Positions 35,201-48,800 of a stretch of 64,000 bases of DNA are shown here, in pieces (position 1 is the stretch's first letter; every line of letters starts with the position of its first letter). The DNA is taken from contig CM120645.1 of the NCBI GenBank assembly GCA_051362555.1, positions 14,508,001 through 14,572,000 of the forward strand, in the 5' to 3' direction. The notes beneath the pieces were generated by a model. It saw only the letters and a list, made by a program, of their open reading frames with translations, made no database searches and was not told the DNA's origin. A program made the position numbers and the translations under genes. This DNA is from Lingula anatina. Taxonomy: Eukaryota > Animalia > Brachiopoda.

Positions 35201-38200
35201 GATTTTGGTGGTGATCCATTAATTAATTATTTATAATGAGAATGGAACTGCACTGGCTTTCTGAGTGCTTTTCTATATCCTCTTTTCTGGAAACTTTAAC
35301 AGCCTGACATTCAATTTTTGGATTCAACTTAACCATAACACCCATTTTAACAAATAGAATACAACAATTGCCAAAATCATAACAAAAACAAAAACAAACA
35401 AAAGTCAGTGGTTCGGTAACCAAAATTTTTATACAAGAGTCTGATACAAGTGGATGTGGCCCTACCTTGACTTGATAGACAAATTCCTTGCATCCTTGAC
35501 CCTTCGTATAGCAGTAATGGTACTGGTCTGGTCCTACGACAGCCTCCACTACTCCGTTTACATAAACTTTATACCCTGTAATGTTGGCCACACCAAACGT
35601 TGTGGGCTTCTCCCATTGTATTGCTGTGTAGTTGAAGTTGCAAGCCCTATAAGAAAAGTGAATATCTGTGTAGAAATCTTTCAAAGTGTAACACTGTTCA
35701 CTGCACACTCAAATACAACATTAATATCTGATTTTGATCCAAACTTTTCACATATAATAATATTCTTTGATATGTGTCTATAAAATTTCTTTCATTACAA
35801 ACATTTACAATATGCTATATCAAACCAGATACTCCACTATCAAAAAAGATCAATTCACCAATGTTACAGCAACTTATCAGATTTCAGCAATCCTGATTTC
35901 ATTTCAGCCAATCGTTATAGTTCTTACAAACTTACCTTAGGCTGACAACTGGGGCCTCAGGAGGGGCAGACGTCTGCACAACCACTTGTTTGGATTTCTC
36001 CAGAATCCTGCCGTCTGCTCCCAAGGCGACCAATCGGATGAAGTGATTTGTGCCGGGATAACATTTCTGTAGAATGCAGCTGCTCTCTTGTGGGGATAGC
36101 TTGAATTCTCTTTGCTGTGAAGGTAAGAAAAAATGTTTTAAATTATTGAAAAATTGGACATTTTTATAGATTGAAGTATTATCTATACCACTAAGCATAG
36201 CACAGCAATCAGTATTGTTTTTAAAAAATGTTTTTAAAATGTGGATTCTTATATGATGCTCCATTTTGATAAAAAGTTGATATTTCATTCTAAAGATTCT
36301 GCATGCAATTTTTTCATAGTTTAAATGAAAAATAATATATTTTAATAATTCATTACTAATACCATATACTTTTCACCAATACAAAAGTCACTTGGCTAAA
36401 ACAAATTCACTTCATAAATTTCTCCCACTTACCGTAGGCTGTGCCACACTCGTCCACTGCATTTTATAGCAAGCAATGCCTTCTGGTGGTGAATATGTAA
36501 ACCAGTCCAAATGTATAGATGTGTGCGTAACCTTGGCAACTCGGACAATCAACTCCTGGTCACCATCTACTGACCCCTGGTCACTGAGGTCAGCCACGTT
36601 TTCATCGTGGGCATCTGCCAGTATCTGGCCACCTTGACTGAGAGATGTGCTGATGAAGAGGGTATTGGACAGGGCGGAGTCCCCAAAGTCCATGTCAGCA
36701 CTGATGGCTTTTAGGTTGATCTTGTAGTGCCTGGAATGTAGCAAAACAGACCTTGTTAGTTTTATTTATCAGTGTATTCAATATCTTATTTATTTATTTA
36801 TTTAACCAAGTAAAATCTAAAAACCAATTTGTTAATTTTGACACATGCATTCTGAAAACAGAGGTGGATATGTCACAGATATATCTTAATGGTGTTCATA
36901 TGCTTCTATTTTTAAAAACTTGACACAAGATAGTTGCAATTTCCTACACTTATTTTCCAACCATCAAGTTGAACCAAAAAGTTGCAATTTCTCCCACTTG
37001 CCCTTCAAGTTAGAATATCTCAATATCTATCAGAAGAAATTTTACATGACTTCCAATAGCGAAACGCAAATTTATATAAACACACCTGTTTGGTTTGCAA
37101 GGTATGATAGCCTTGCGATGGGAATTGCTCAGTTCATTGCCAACCTTCCTATCGTTCATGTAAACCTGGTAACCCTTGACCTTCACTCCACCATATAATC
37201 TCGGCTCACCCCACTCCATCGAGAACTCCTCCTTCCCAACATGCTTTGTCCAGATTGTAGGTGCGTCGGGAGGTCCCGGGATCAGCACTTGAAGCTTTGT
37301 TAGAGTGACGGGCATGGCATCATTTCCAAAACGAGGCTCCATGGAAATCTCATAGGTACACCTGCGAGTAGAAATTATAAATAAATATTCCTGTATGGCT
37401 AAGAATTCATTTAGGTTAAATCTGAACTGTTTATACTAGGATCAGAACTATGCTTCTCACTTTTTCAATTGCTGAAATTACCAAGAACAATCATATTTCA
37501 TTTAAAAAATAAAAAGAATGTAACAGAATGGAATGAAACAGAATGAACATGATAAATCTACTGACAAGTATTTTTTCAAGATGGGCAGAAAAAGATAAAT
37601 ATATTGCAGATGACACTTACTTATTCCTAACCACTGGAATGGTACATTTTCTGACATCAGACTCCACACACTTTCTGTGAACAACTCCGTCCTCGTGGCA
37701 GTGCCAGAGAATGTCAAATTGCTTGGTGCGGGACCAGTTCCCCTGTACGTCCCAGGTCAACGTAATGTCACCCATGACACCATCTCTATTGCTGCTTTTG
37801 TGGTTGTAGAAGGCACTTATATTGGCAATATTACCTGAAGACAAAAATTGGGGGAATAATTTTCACTTGTTCCCTTTTTGAGATGGGTTGGTTTATTTTA
37901 GAAACCTTTAAACAGACAGTTGTAGTCTTAGTTGTATGCTAATATTGTAAATTATTTCTTACAAAAGTAAACATGTTTTTTTAATCTATGAGGAACATTG
38001 TTTTGAGCCTTCATCAAAGGGCCTCAATCGCATAACTGATTTTCTATATATATATTATTTTATTAAAATACATAAGAGAAAAGAAGACAACTGCATGTAT
38101 TTCGACTATGTATTTCAACTATCGCTGAACGAACAACTGAAAACCCTCATAAAGCTTACCCTCTTGCAGTCTAGGCACCCTAACTTCCACAGCCTCTGAG

Positions 38201-38595
38201 GCAGATTCATCCAAATCATGGTCATCAAAGGGCTGACTTGATGTGAATGAACTGCTGCTGGCTAGCTGAATCTACAAAGTAATTCTCACGTTAATTCCTC
38301 TCCCTTTTTTTCCATCTTCACTTCAAAAATAATTTTGATATTAATTGATATCCTCCAGTGAAATAAAATGCTGTTTAAAAGATCATCAAATTATAAATCT
38401 ATCCTTTTGTTCAAGATTTTTTTTATATAAGGCATACGGTCTTCAATAATAATAATATAACCATATGATATAAATTTCTTAACAAGAAAACAGTCAATAG
38501 TCACTACTAGTTAACCAAAGTATTTTAATTTAAAAATGTTGCGAAGTATTGAAGTCTGAGAGATAAAAAAAGAGAGAAAGAGAATGTGTGTGTGT

Positions 38596-38635
<40 letters not shown>

Positions 38636-40424
38636 ACATGTATGCGGTGCACATATGCGTGTGCATGTATATAACTCACCCTCTTGACTCTTTCCTTCTT
38701 CACTTCCTCCGTACATGTCATGGCAACCAACACAACACTGTAGGTTTTAGCATACTTGCACTTGGTGAGGGTTACGCTCTGTGCGGCAGGTCCAAGGCGC
38801 ATGTGCAACTTCCCGTTTATCTCCAGCTTATACCCTTCAAGGCAACGTTTCAGGTACCTCTTGTCCTCTTCTTCTTTTCCTAGCACCGTAAACAGGACTG
38901 GTTTCTCCCAGTACAACTGTATAGTAGAAGTGGAGTAGCCTGTGATATAGAGCTTGGGAGGCTCACAGGGGGCTTTAGTTCTTGCCCATAGGGGTTTACC
39001 CACAATATGAGCAGTCCTGCGATTCTCGTGATCTCCCTTCTGAAGGTCTATGATTGTCCGAACACTAACAACAGCCTCGACAGTGATTTTGTACTCCATT
39101 CCAATCATAAGGTCCTCTATGGTGACTTCTGTTTCTTCAGGCATTAGGTTGATGTGGCTGACCAAGGCTGTCTCATCTTCTTTGTTTCTTATCAGCCTCG
39201 CCTCGCACCACCTAACCATAATGCCTTGCAGCCGATTGGTACCATGGACGACAGGCGCCTGCCAGCCTACGACGATAGAAGTTCCTGTCGAGCGTTTCAC
39301 TCTGATGTTATAAGGTGCCTCTGTGCCAGAGGTTATTGCCACAATACTAGTATTTGGTAGCCACGGCGACTCATTGAGTTCTATAGCAACATCCCTGGGA
39401 ATTCTGTGCATCTTTTTGTATTGGTGCCTCTCAGGCAGTTGGTCAAAGTACTCCTCGGTAATAGCAGTCACGACAACAAGATATGAGGTAAGTTCCGTTA
39501 AATTTTCGATGACTAGAGACCTTGCATCTGGAATGAGTTCAAATGACTGATGTTTGCCTTCTTCAGGCTTCTTCGGAGAGCAGTCCACTCTGATTCCTAA
39601 AAATGGAAAGCAACCAATTTAAAAATACTACCAAAAACAAGATTTGATTATTTTTAAGGGAATTGTAATTATATTCAATAAACATTCATTCAATCAAAGT
39701 GATAACAATAAATATTTATATTTCCTTTTTCTCAAGATTTCATTAATCCCTTTGTTAAAATCATGGTAAAATATTTCCTTTTTTCCTCTGGAGAAACACA
39801 TCATTAAACACTTACTAAAATATTGTGCTTAAAAAACCAAGTGTCTTTATTCCAAAGATCTCTAAATGAACATGATTTACTGCCAGGGTTACCGTATTAT
39901 ATGCCAACAACACCAAAACAAGTCAATGCTTTAACGCAAACCAACATGTTCAACTAACACCAATTATTTACTGAGCTATTAAGTTTATTTGTGCAGTAGT
40001 AATTAAAGGTTCTGTAACTAAGTGGCTGAAAAGATATCTGTCACCGAATTATCACAATTCTATTGAAGGACCTGTCAGGTGTCAAGTGCCCCTCTTGTGA
40101 CATACTGACAAGGTTATCAAACAGTTCTTTATATCAACCAGCTCACTTGTCAAATAAGAATAATATATACTGATAACAGAATTTAATCACTTAAAAGTGA
40201 CGGGTTAAAACACACTAAATTACTTTGATGTATTAGATTATTTTCAAATGAGAATAAATGTGATACAAAAAAACTGTGGCCGAAAAAAATTACATTGCCA
40301 CCTCAAATATCAGAGACACTCATAAACAAAAAAATGAATATTTTAAAATTATTAAAAGTAAAAATGCAAAGAACTGTTAAATGGGGGGGTTGGGGGGATG
40401 TTCATTTTTTCAAAAAAAAAAAAA

Positions 40425-40495
<71 letters not shown>

Positions 40496-42850
40496 AATAA
40501 AATGAAATATTTGAAAAAAAAATGTAAAGAAAATATATCCACCCAAGGCAATACAAATATTGATGACCCGGCACTTATTTGTAGAGAGGTGGAGCTAAAG
40601 CAAACATTTGCATTTTCAGCCACCTGTGTTTTAAAAAACACAAACCCTTACCTAAGACTTCCACTCCATGTTCCTTAGGAGGATCCCAGCCAATCTTGAT
40701 ACTGTTGCAGGTGGTGGCCAGTATCCCCAAGTTTCTGGGAGGGTCAGGGGGCTGGGCGGTGTGGATGGTCAAGTGGTCACTCTGAGCGGTCAGTATAAAA
40801 GTACTGCAAGTGTCCTCAAAGTCAGAGTCTGCTTCTGGAATCAAAGAAAAATTATTATTATGACCATTTTCTTTTAGGTTTTATGTTTGTTTTAGAAATT
40901 TTCTTTAGTTAAATAGCAACATCACTGTAATAAAAAAAATATTAAGCTCTGTATTCATTTCAAGGGGAAATTTTTATTTGAAATTCTAAAAATTAAATCT
41001 GTTTTGATTTTCTTACATAGTTCAGGTTCAACTATAATTTTTCATACATATCCATATTCATGCATGAATTTGTTTTGAATTTGTTCCCCCCCCCCAAAAA
41101 AAAAAAATGTTCTACTTAAAATAAGGAATTAGTACTATTAACCAAGGTTAAGAGTTTTTTCCCTACACATTATGTTGCGAATACATATATTATACATGGT
41201 TTGAAATCTATAATATAATATAATATAATATAATATAATATAATATAATATAATATAATATAATATAATATAATATAATATAATATAATATAATATAATA
41301 TAATATAATATAATATAATATAAGCACCTGTGTTCCCCATGCTTTGTTGTGTAATAACAATTAACTTAAACATAATAGAAATAACACCCTAGTCAGGACA
41401 GCATGCATAGTAACATAAAGCTGTAGAAGAATATTGCAATGAAAAAATCATAATTTGCACTGCAATATCTTAAATTTCCACATAATAATAAAATACAAAT
41501 GTCATAAATTTTGAAAGTGTTCCTTGAAAAAAATTAATTGTTTTTGATTTCGATGGTTTAAATCACAGCACTACACTACAGAACTGAGAACATCAAAAGA
41601 ATAAGAAGCATGTCAAAGCTAATCAAATTCCTTACCATCTTCTATTTTACCAACACCATTCTTGATTTCACCTTCATTAAACAAATAGTTATAAGTTACC
41701 CAGAAAAAATAATAAAATATCATTATAATATCACTTATGATAAAATAAAAAATGTTCTTGGAAGTGATATTATATACTGGTCACTGCAGTTCATGCAACC
41801 TTTCTTTTTTAATTATGGTTTTCCCTTTTTCCTCTAAGTTTGTTTTATAAAAGTAATTTCTTGATTTTATTTTCATTTATTATTTTTTTAGATTGACCAA
41901 ACCACAGATGTCATTTGCATCCTATTTTGTTCATTTTTAATAAATAAATCCCTTATTCTTGTTCACCATCCATTTTTTTTACATATATTTGGTATACATT
42001 CACTACTTGGAAGAAAACATGAAGTCTAATCCAGCCAGACTTACCACCATGGACCTCTGAGTACTGCTGCATTTTCCTGGCTTCAACCACAACAGTATAG
42101 GTGGCGTTGGGGTTGAGGGGGCCTATCAGCATGTGGTCATCTGGAGAATGGAAAACAAAGATATAATGTACATTTGGCTATATTCTTTTAAACACAGCAT
42201 ATATTGGTATCTGATACTTTCTACCTTTCCCTTTCTTTCTCTCTTTTGTAAATATTGTAAATCTTTCTTTTAATTACTACTACCTCTCTCTATCTCTCTC
42301 TCAAGAGTGAGCTCAAAAAAAATTTAAAAGGAAGAAAGAAAAAATAATTTGACAATAGTCAACAAACATTCAGTTTGTGTAGTACATAAATATGAATTGA
42401 TGATCTCAGTGTATTACTTCTTGCTAAAACAGATATAGGCATTTGTTTTAATTACCTTTTGTAGACTGGCTGACAATATTTTCCTCTGGTTTTATCCCTG
42501 GCCACCATGTCACCTGATACATGTCTGGGGAGACAAAGTGAGCCTTAGGCTGCTCAGCTGGAAAACACAAATATATAAATGCATATCAACAACTAATAAA
42601 TAAAATGACATATAAAAATATATACACATAGCAGTAAGTAAGACCTACATTAACTTCTTAGCTTATTACTTGGAAAGCTCCATTTGGGAAATTTCATTAT
42701 TAAATTAAATAAAACATTTACATAGAATATCATCACTTAGTGATTAAACAGTGAAAATAGCTTTTGTAATTTTTTAAAATATAATATGAGTTAGGTACTT
42801 GAATATCATAACAGCAAAGATTTTTAAACGCACACTAAAAACAATAGTAA

Positions 42851-42883
<33 letters not shown>

Positions 42884-45800
42884 AAATATGAGAAAAATCT
42901 TCCAGTCCATCTTACCTTTATTCCAGACAATCATGGCGGAGTGTCCAGTAACGTGTTCACACCAGACCTTAGTGGGTGCTTGGACAAGTCCAGTGTAGTG
43001 GACAACCAGCTTTGGACCAAGTTTACATGATGTGTACTTCTCTCCATAGCTGCCATGTTCTGGGGAAAGGAGAAATAATAATGATTAATTTTATTAAAGA
43101 GGACAATTAAAAAAGGGTATTCAGATATGTGCATTTACTTTAAAACTGAAAATAAAAACAACTCATCATCCCTAAGTGAACAATTGATTACATTTTCACA
43201 TTTATTGCCCCTTTACAATACTGACAAGACTGATAACCCTGAAAACACCCATAAAACTTGATTTTTTTGTTTCAGATTGTTTGTTTTTATTTAATGTTTT
43301 ATTTCTTTCACACATTGTGTTCAATTTTGCACTTCAACAAATGTTTACATTATATCCAATTAACAACAAAGACACAAACTTTCATCAGTGTGCCTTTAAT
43401 GTTTTTTTATAAAACAAAAATTAAAAAAAAAATACCTTTCTCATCAATATGACTGGATCCGTCAATCCCTGAGTCTCCATCATTAAGTGGCATGGAGATC
43501 CCAAGATCTGGGCTCTTCTTCTCCATGCGGCCCACGGGGTGCTCAGTGAGAGCCCTGAGCTGCAGGGTGACCTTGTCCCCCAGGGAGACATCCCTGACCC
43601 TAAGAGTGTGCACATCTGGGGGTATCACTGAGCCATACAGTTTACCATCTTTGAACAGTTGATAGCCCTAGGGGAGAGACAGAGCAGTTTTGCTTTTTGC
43701 ATACATGATATAGTATATTGATTACTCTGGATGATCAGTTTATTAGATGGGAGCCTTTTGGGAGGAAGATATTTTCCAAAATTTATAAACCCCTTTCTCC
43801 TCAAAGCACAACATACAAACCAAAATGCACTAATGACTCAATGAAATATTGATATAGAGATATAAGTACCAACAACCTGCTGTGAGTGATGATTGTTTTA
43901 ACAAATACCGGTACAAACAATTTAATAATTCTGTTTTTCATAAAACATCATTAAACAGTATACAACTAGTTCATGCATCATCAAAGACAATTAACGTAAA
44001 CTCACAGACACAATGGCATCCCCATACTGTTGTGGTTTGTCCCAGGTGACATCAACTCCCTCAAAGTGCAACCCTTCGATCTTGAGCTGAGGAGCTTTAG
44101 GGGGCGCTGCACACATCACGGGGATAATGTTGGACGGCTCACTCTCCACCAGTGCATACATACTCTCTAGGAATGTCTGCACTTTCTTAATACCAGCATA
44201 GGCCTTCACAGAGAAGAAATGGATAATTAAAATTGATACAGGATCATTTTTTTAAAATCAGCCCTATTTGTAGAATTTTTTTTTTAAATAGCCAGAAATT
44301 TGTTTAACAAATACTTCCTTCAAAACTGTAATTTAAGAGAGCAAAGCAATAATTGATAAAATAAAATTAGTGTCAAAAGCTTTAAAAAAATCATAAGAAA
44401 ACCCACCCTGACATAAACATCATATATCTGCCCAGGGCGCAGATCAGTGAGATAATACTGGTAGCCATTTTTATTTGATGCAGGGTTGGCCTTCACCTCT
44501 CCATGGTATTGGTCATCAACAAAAATACTGAAATTTTTCAAATGAAAGTCTTTGCATTAGTCCTTACATATGTATCTTGTTTAAATGTCAGTAAAAAATT
44601 TAAAGTGAAATGTTAAATTCTCAATAATACCAAACAGGCCTCTTTCACTTAAAATCGTCTACACAGACACTAAGAAAAGAAATCCCTCTTTTAGATTCTA
44701 ATGAAAAATTTATTAGTAATGATTTGAAAAGGATTTAATCAGATTTCAGGTTCATTTTGCCATACCTGTACCACGAAATATCCTCTTCTTTAGTCCTACA
44801 GTGCTCCATGGGGGGTCTGGTCCAGCCAATCACCACGCAGCCTCTCTTAAAAGAAGGCTGATGGTAAACAGCAGGTGGTTGAGGTCTCATTGGACAAGAC
44901 ACATACACGGTGTTGGAAGGAGGACTGTTGCCGGCTGGGTGCTTTGTTCTGGTTACTATCCATACTTTCAAGGTTTTACCTGTGAAAATCACATTTTAAA
45001 ATAAGTTTTCTTTTCAAACTACAATTTCCTCAAATTTTTTTCTTTTTTAAATCAAAATTTAAAAACCCAAATTTGGAACACTTTTTCAAGTTTCCAATAT
45101 ACACCCCTGCAGAAAATTTTAATATTTTAAAAAAGAACAAAATTATGGCACATTTTTTAATGTCAATAAACTTCTCAAAGCATTTAAAGTGCAGCAAGGG
45201 CAATTCCTCCAGTACACACCTGGCTGCAGTTTATCCAGTGTGGTCCTCTTCGTGTCCTTGCTGAGGAGAGAGCCCAGCTTCTTCCCATCCACCACCACCT
45301 GATAGCCAGCAATCTGTACTCCATCATGACACACCCCTGGGGTCCACTCCAGTGTGGCCTGTAGAAAGATACATATACTGAATTATCACAGAATTCTTAT
45401 ATAATGTACTGTCATTCATTCATATCACTTATCAGTATATTGGGCAATGCTCTCATTGATAAAAATTATCATTTTCCCTTATCTGAAGGGACTATTGGAT
45501 ATTCAAATAGGAGTAAAACTGCAAAAACTGATATTTAATTTAATAAGAATGAATAAAGTTATGATTTTCCACATACTGAGTCAAGTAAGTTTTTCCTGGC
45601 AGAGTTTAAATGAATTTATAAAATGTTAGATCTTATGTAAAAAACAGTTTCTTTGGTATATAAATTATTCAGATATAAATGCACTTAGGCAATGATTTCA
45701 TAATAATAACAATAATATACATTATAAAAAAGTGTCTTTTAAATCAGACAGCTATGACTTCATTTCACAACTTTCATAAACTTTCAAAAATTGTCAACAA

Positions 45801-48800
45801 AAAAAAAATCCGAGTTTTTTAGCTTACCGAATAGAAGTCCACACTGACAGGTTTGAGCCTGGCTTGCTGCGGGGCACTGAGAGTGGAGTAGCTGATCACC
45901 GCAGACTTAGACTGGTACTCTATTGTGTCCTTCCCATCATCAAATATGTAGTTTGCTACCACAAAAACCCTGGAAGAATATTCATTGAAAAATTTAAAAA
46001 ATAATAATAAAAAAAAACAATAAAAAGGTGAATGTGAAAAAAAACTGTGAAAAATTGCTTGGAAAAGCACAGAATTGGAATTGAAAACTCTAAGTCAAAG
46101 TTGAAGTCTGCAAGTGAATATTTTGTTGATAATGTGGCAAAATAAATGACAGCTGTTAAGATGGAACAAATGCAGGGGTTAAGTCTTACCTGTAAGACAT
46201 ATTACTGAGCAGTCCCCGTATTAAACAGCTAGTACCAGTGGTGACATTCCAGCTATGCTGAACTATCTGAACATCCATTCCATTCTCATCCTTCTCAAGG
46301 ATCTCATAACTGAAAGAAAAATTACACTTTCATTAAAACCGCATAAAATGACTGCATTCTATAATGCACTTTATTGTAATTCTTCATCTTTGTGACTGAT
46401 TTTCACTTTCACAACACACTTCTTACACTTTTCACCATTCGTATAAAGTTCAAAGAACTTTTATATATCTAGTATAGTATAATCAAAGAACAAGCCTGAC
46501 TAGCCACTTACAATTAAAAAAAAATAATGATAAAAATAAATAAATATAAATAAGTTAATTAACTTAAAGAGCTTTTGTAAAACTAGAATGGTACAATCTA
46601 ACAGGGATGAGACTTTTTGGCTCCCAAAAAGTCAAAAATCCACCAATATTCTGAAAAATCTCATCCCTGACCTAAGAACATGCCTGACTGCCCATTGACC
46701 TCACCTGATGTCACTGTTGACCCCCTTGGCAAACTTGACCCCCAGGACATTGACCACAAACACCTGGATCCTGTACTGAGGGTCTGGCTCCTGCTCGAGC
46801 TCCCAACTGACTAGCTCACCACGACTGGCCGGCTGGTGCTCGATCTTCACTTTGGGAGGGGGGAGGACGTAGTCGTACTCCTCCTGGAATTATATTGAAA
46901 TACAATATATTGGAGAGTTTAAGAGATTTTAAGGGAGTTTATATCACCATATATACAGTAAGGCCTCTGGCTTTTTTACAATAATTTCATGATCATTCAT
47001 TTCTATAATTGCACATTACATTATGCATCTCCCTTGTCCATTTTTAAAAAATAAATTTCTTCTTATCTCTTTTCTGCTTTTGTCAAATAATTTGCAATTT
47101 TTCTGGAAATCAATCAGAAAGTTTATTTTTGATGGGATGGGGTAGTGATGACTATTCCTAGTTGTGTGTCATTAGATCGGGTGACCAGTCCATCCAGGTC
47201 ATTACCCTGGGAAATTCTAAAATTTGATTTATATAATAATTGTATTTCTGATATTAAAAACCCTCTGGATGACCAAAACATTCACTCAATATTTAAATCA
47301 GTGGCTAAGATCTAGGTGAAGTAAAATTGAGATGTGGTTGACAGATATAAAAATACACAATTTATATAAAACTTATTGTCCCAAATGAAACATAGCCAAT
47401 GTCTGCATTCATCTTACTTATATCATAAATAATCAATCAATAAGTAATATAAGGAATGGTGCACCCTAGCCAAGAATGCATAGGAATTAACATGCATCTT
47501 ACTGTGGTAAGGATCATGCGGGGTTTTAGTGATATCAATTATTCAGGGGTGAAAAAAAAAAACAATTATAACAACTATACAAATATGATGCTATATAATT
47601 TTTTACAAAATGTTACAGACTACAAATCAAGATTTTCTACATTGTCTATACTTGTGCAATATCAATATAATTAATGGTATGGTTTATAATAGTTTAATGA
47701 AGGTGTGATTTTATAATGGATTACAACAGGAGCTGGGGAAAACATAACAGGACTACAGGTGTGTTCACATTGTGAGCAATGTAAGGCAGTACTCACTGTT
47801 TTGGTTATGGGTGTGGCTTTAAATTAATCAGCATATTGTATTTAAAAAATATTGACTTTTTAAAAAATACTTTGAATTCAAGTAGTTTAACACAAGAATC
47901 TTGATAAGGACATTTTCAAATAGTTTTGACTATAGGCTTACATTTATAGCTTTCTTTTGTAAAACAGAGACATTGCTTGATAAACTTAATATCAAGCAAG
48001 TGTTAAGGATTAAATATATAGACTTAAGGTTACAGTCCCATAATCAAAGCAGTGAAAACCCCAACAGAACATCATTCATTTACAATATGTCAGGCTCCAT
48101 TTTAAAATCCAATAGTTTATCAAATCTATCACTAACTAAATAGGGATAAAAACATCAAATTCATCTTACATTTTTTCTTTAATTTCAAAACCATATTCAC
48201 TCAAACTTTTTAAAAGATAAAATGGACCACTGCAAATTATTCTGAATTTTTTGGCCACAAACCTTTTTAATTTGTGACCAGAACATTGTTCAAAATGGTG
48301 TGTATAAATATATAGTCTATTAAAAGGTGTAAAAAAACAATATAATATAATGTAAATAATATAAATCTAATGACACCTACCTGATTTGCAATGACTGATG
48401 CTGTTCCCAGCACAGCAGCTGCTGATGCAGCAGCAGTCACAGTGGGTTTTTCCCTCTCCTCATCTTCTTCCTCTTCCTCCTCCTGTTCCACCTCCATTTC
48501 TGCTGTATCATGCACCTCAACAATGGCTGACTCCTGCTGAGGAGTTTGGGGCAGCATTTGCTGTATCATCTGTTGACGCTGACTTGTTGATTTAGGGGCT
48601 ACTGGTGGCTTTGGTTTGATGGATTTTTTCTTTGATTTTCCAGGCTGAGCATCGTCCCGTATGGGCACCTGATGGAAACAGAAAATGAAGTTATTATTTT
48701 ACTCCTACGTGCATTATTTGTCACTATGTTGACTTGTCAGTATCTTTTGATATACATTTCTTTTGGGGAACATTTCCTATGGTTTGATGCAGCAGGATAA

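Larger units (their letters stand above)
29391..46883 (-). other. Main fibronectin type III array of the giant gene (more than a dozen FN3-like domains, several with insertions)
   Basis: Recurring PPxxP-x-l...i.WexP..yG...i.GY.vy.ng...l..L.pg..Y.v.v.A patterns, e.g. PPDAPTIW..EFSMEWGEPRLYGGVKVKGYQVYMND and IQWEKPTTFGVANITGYKVYVNG. Confidence 0.85.

Noticed and set aside
47495-47825. Donor-like sites (gtaag, gtgagt) suggesting extra exons in the 46.9-48.4 kb intron
   Set aside because: No in-phase acceptor giving a stop-free exon; 48381 joins 46883 in phase 0.
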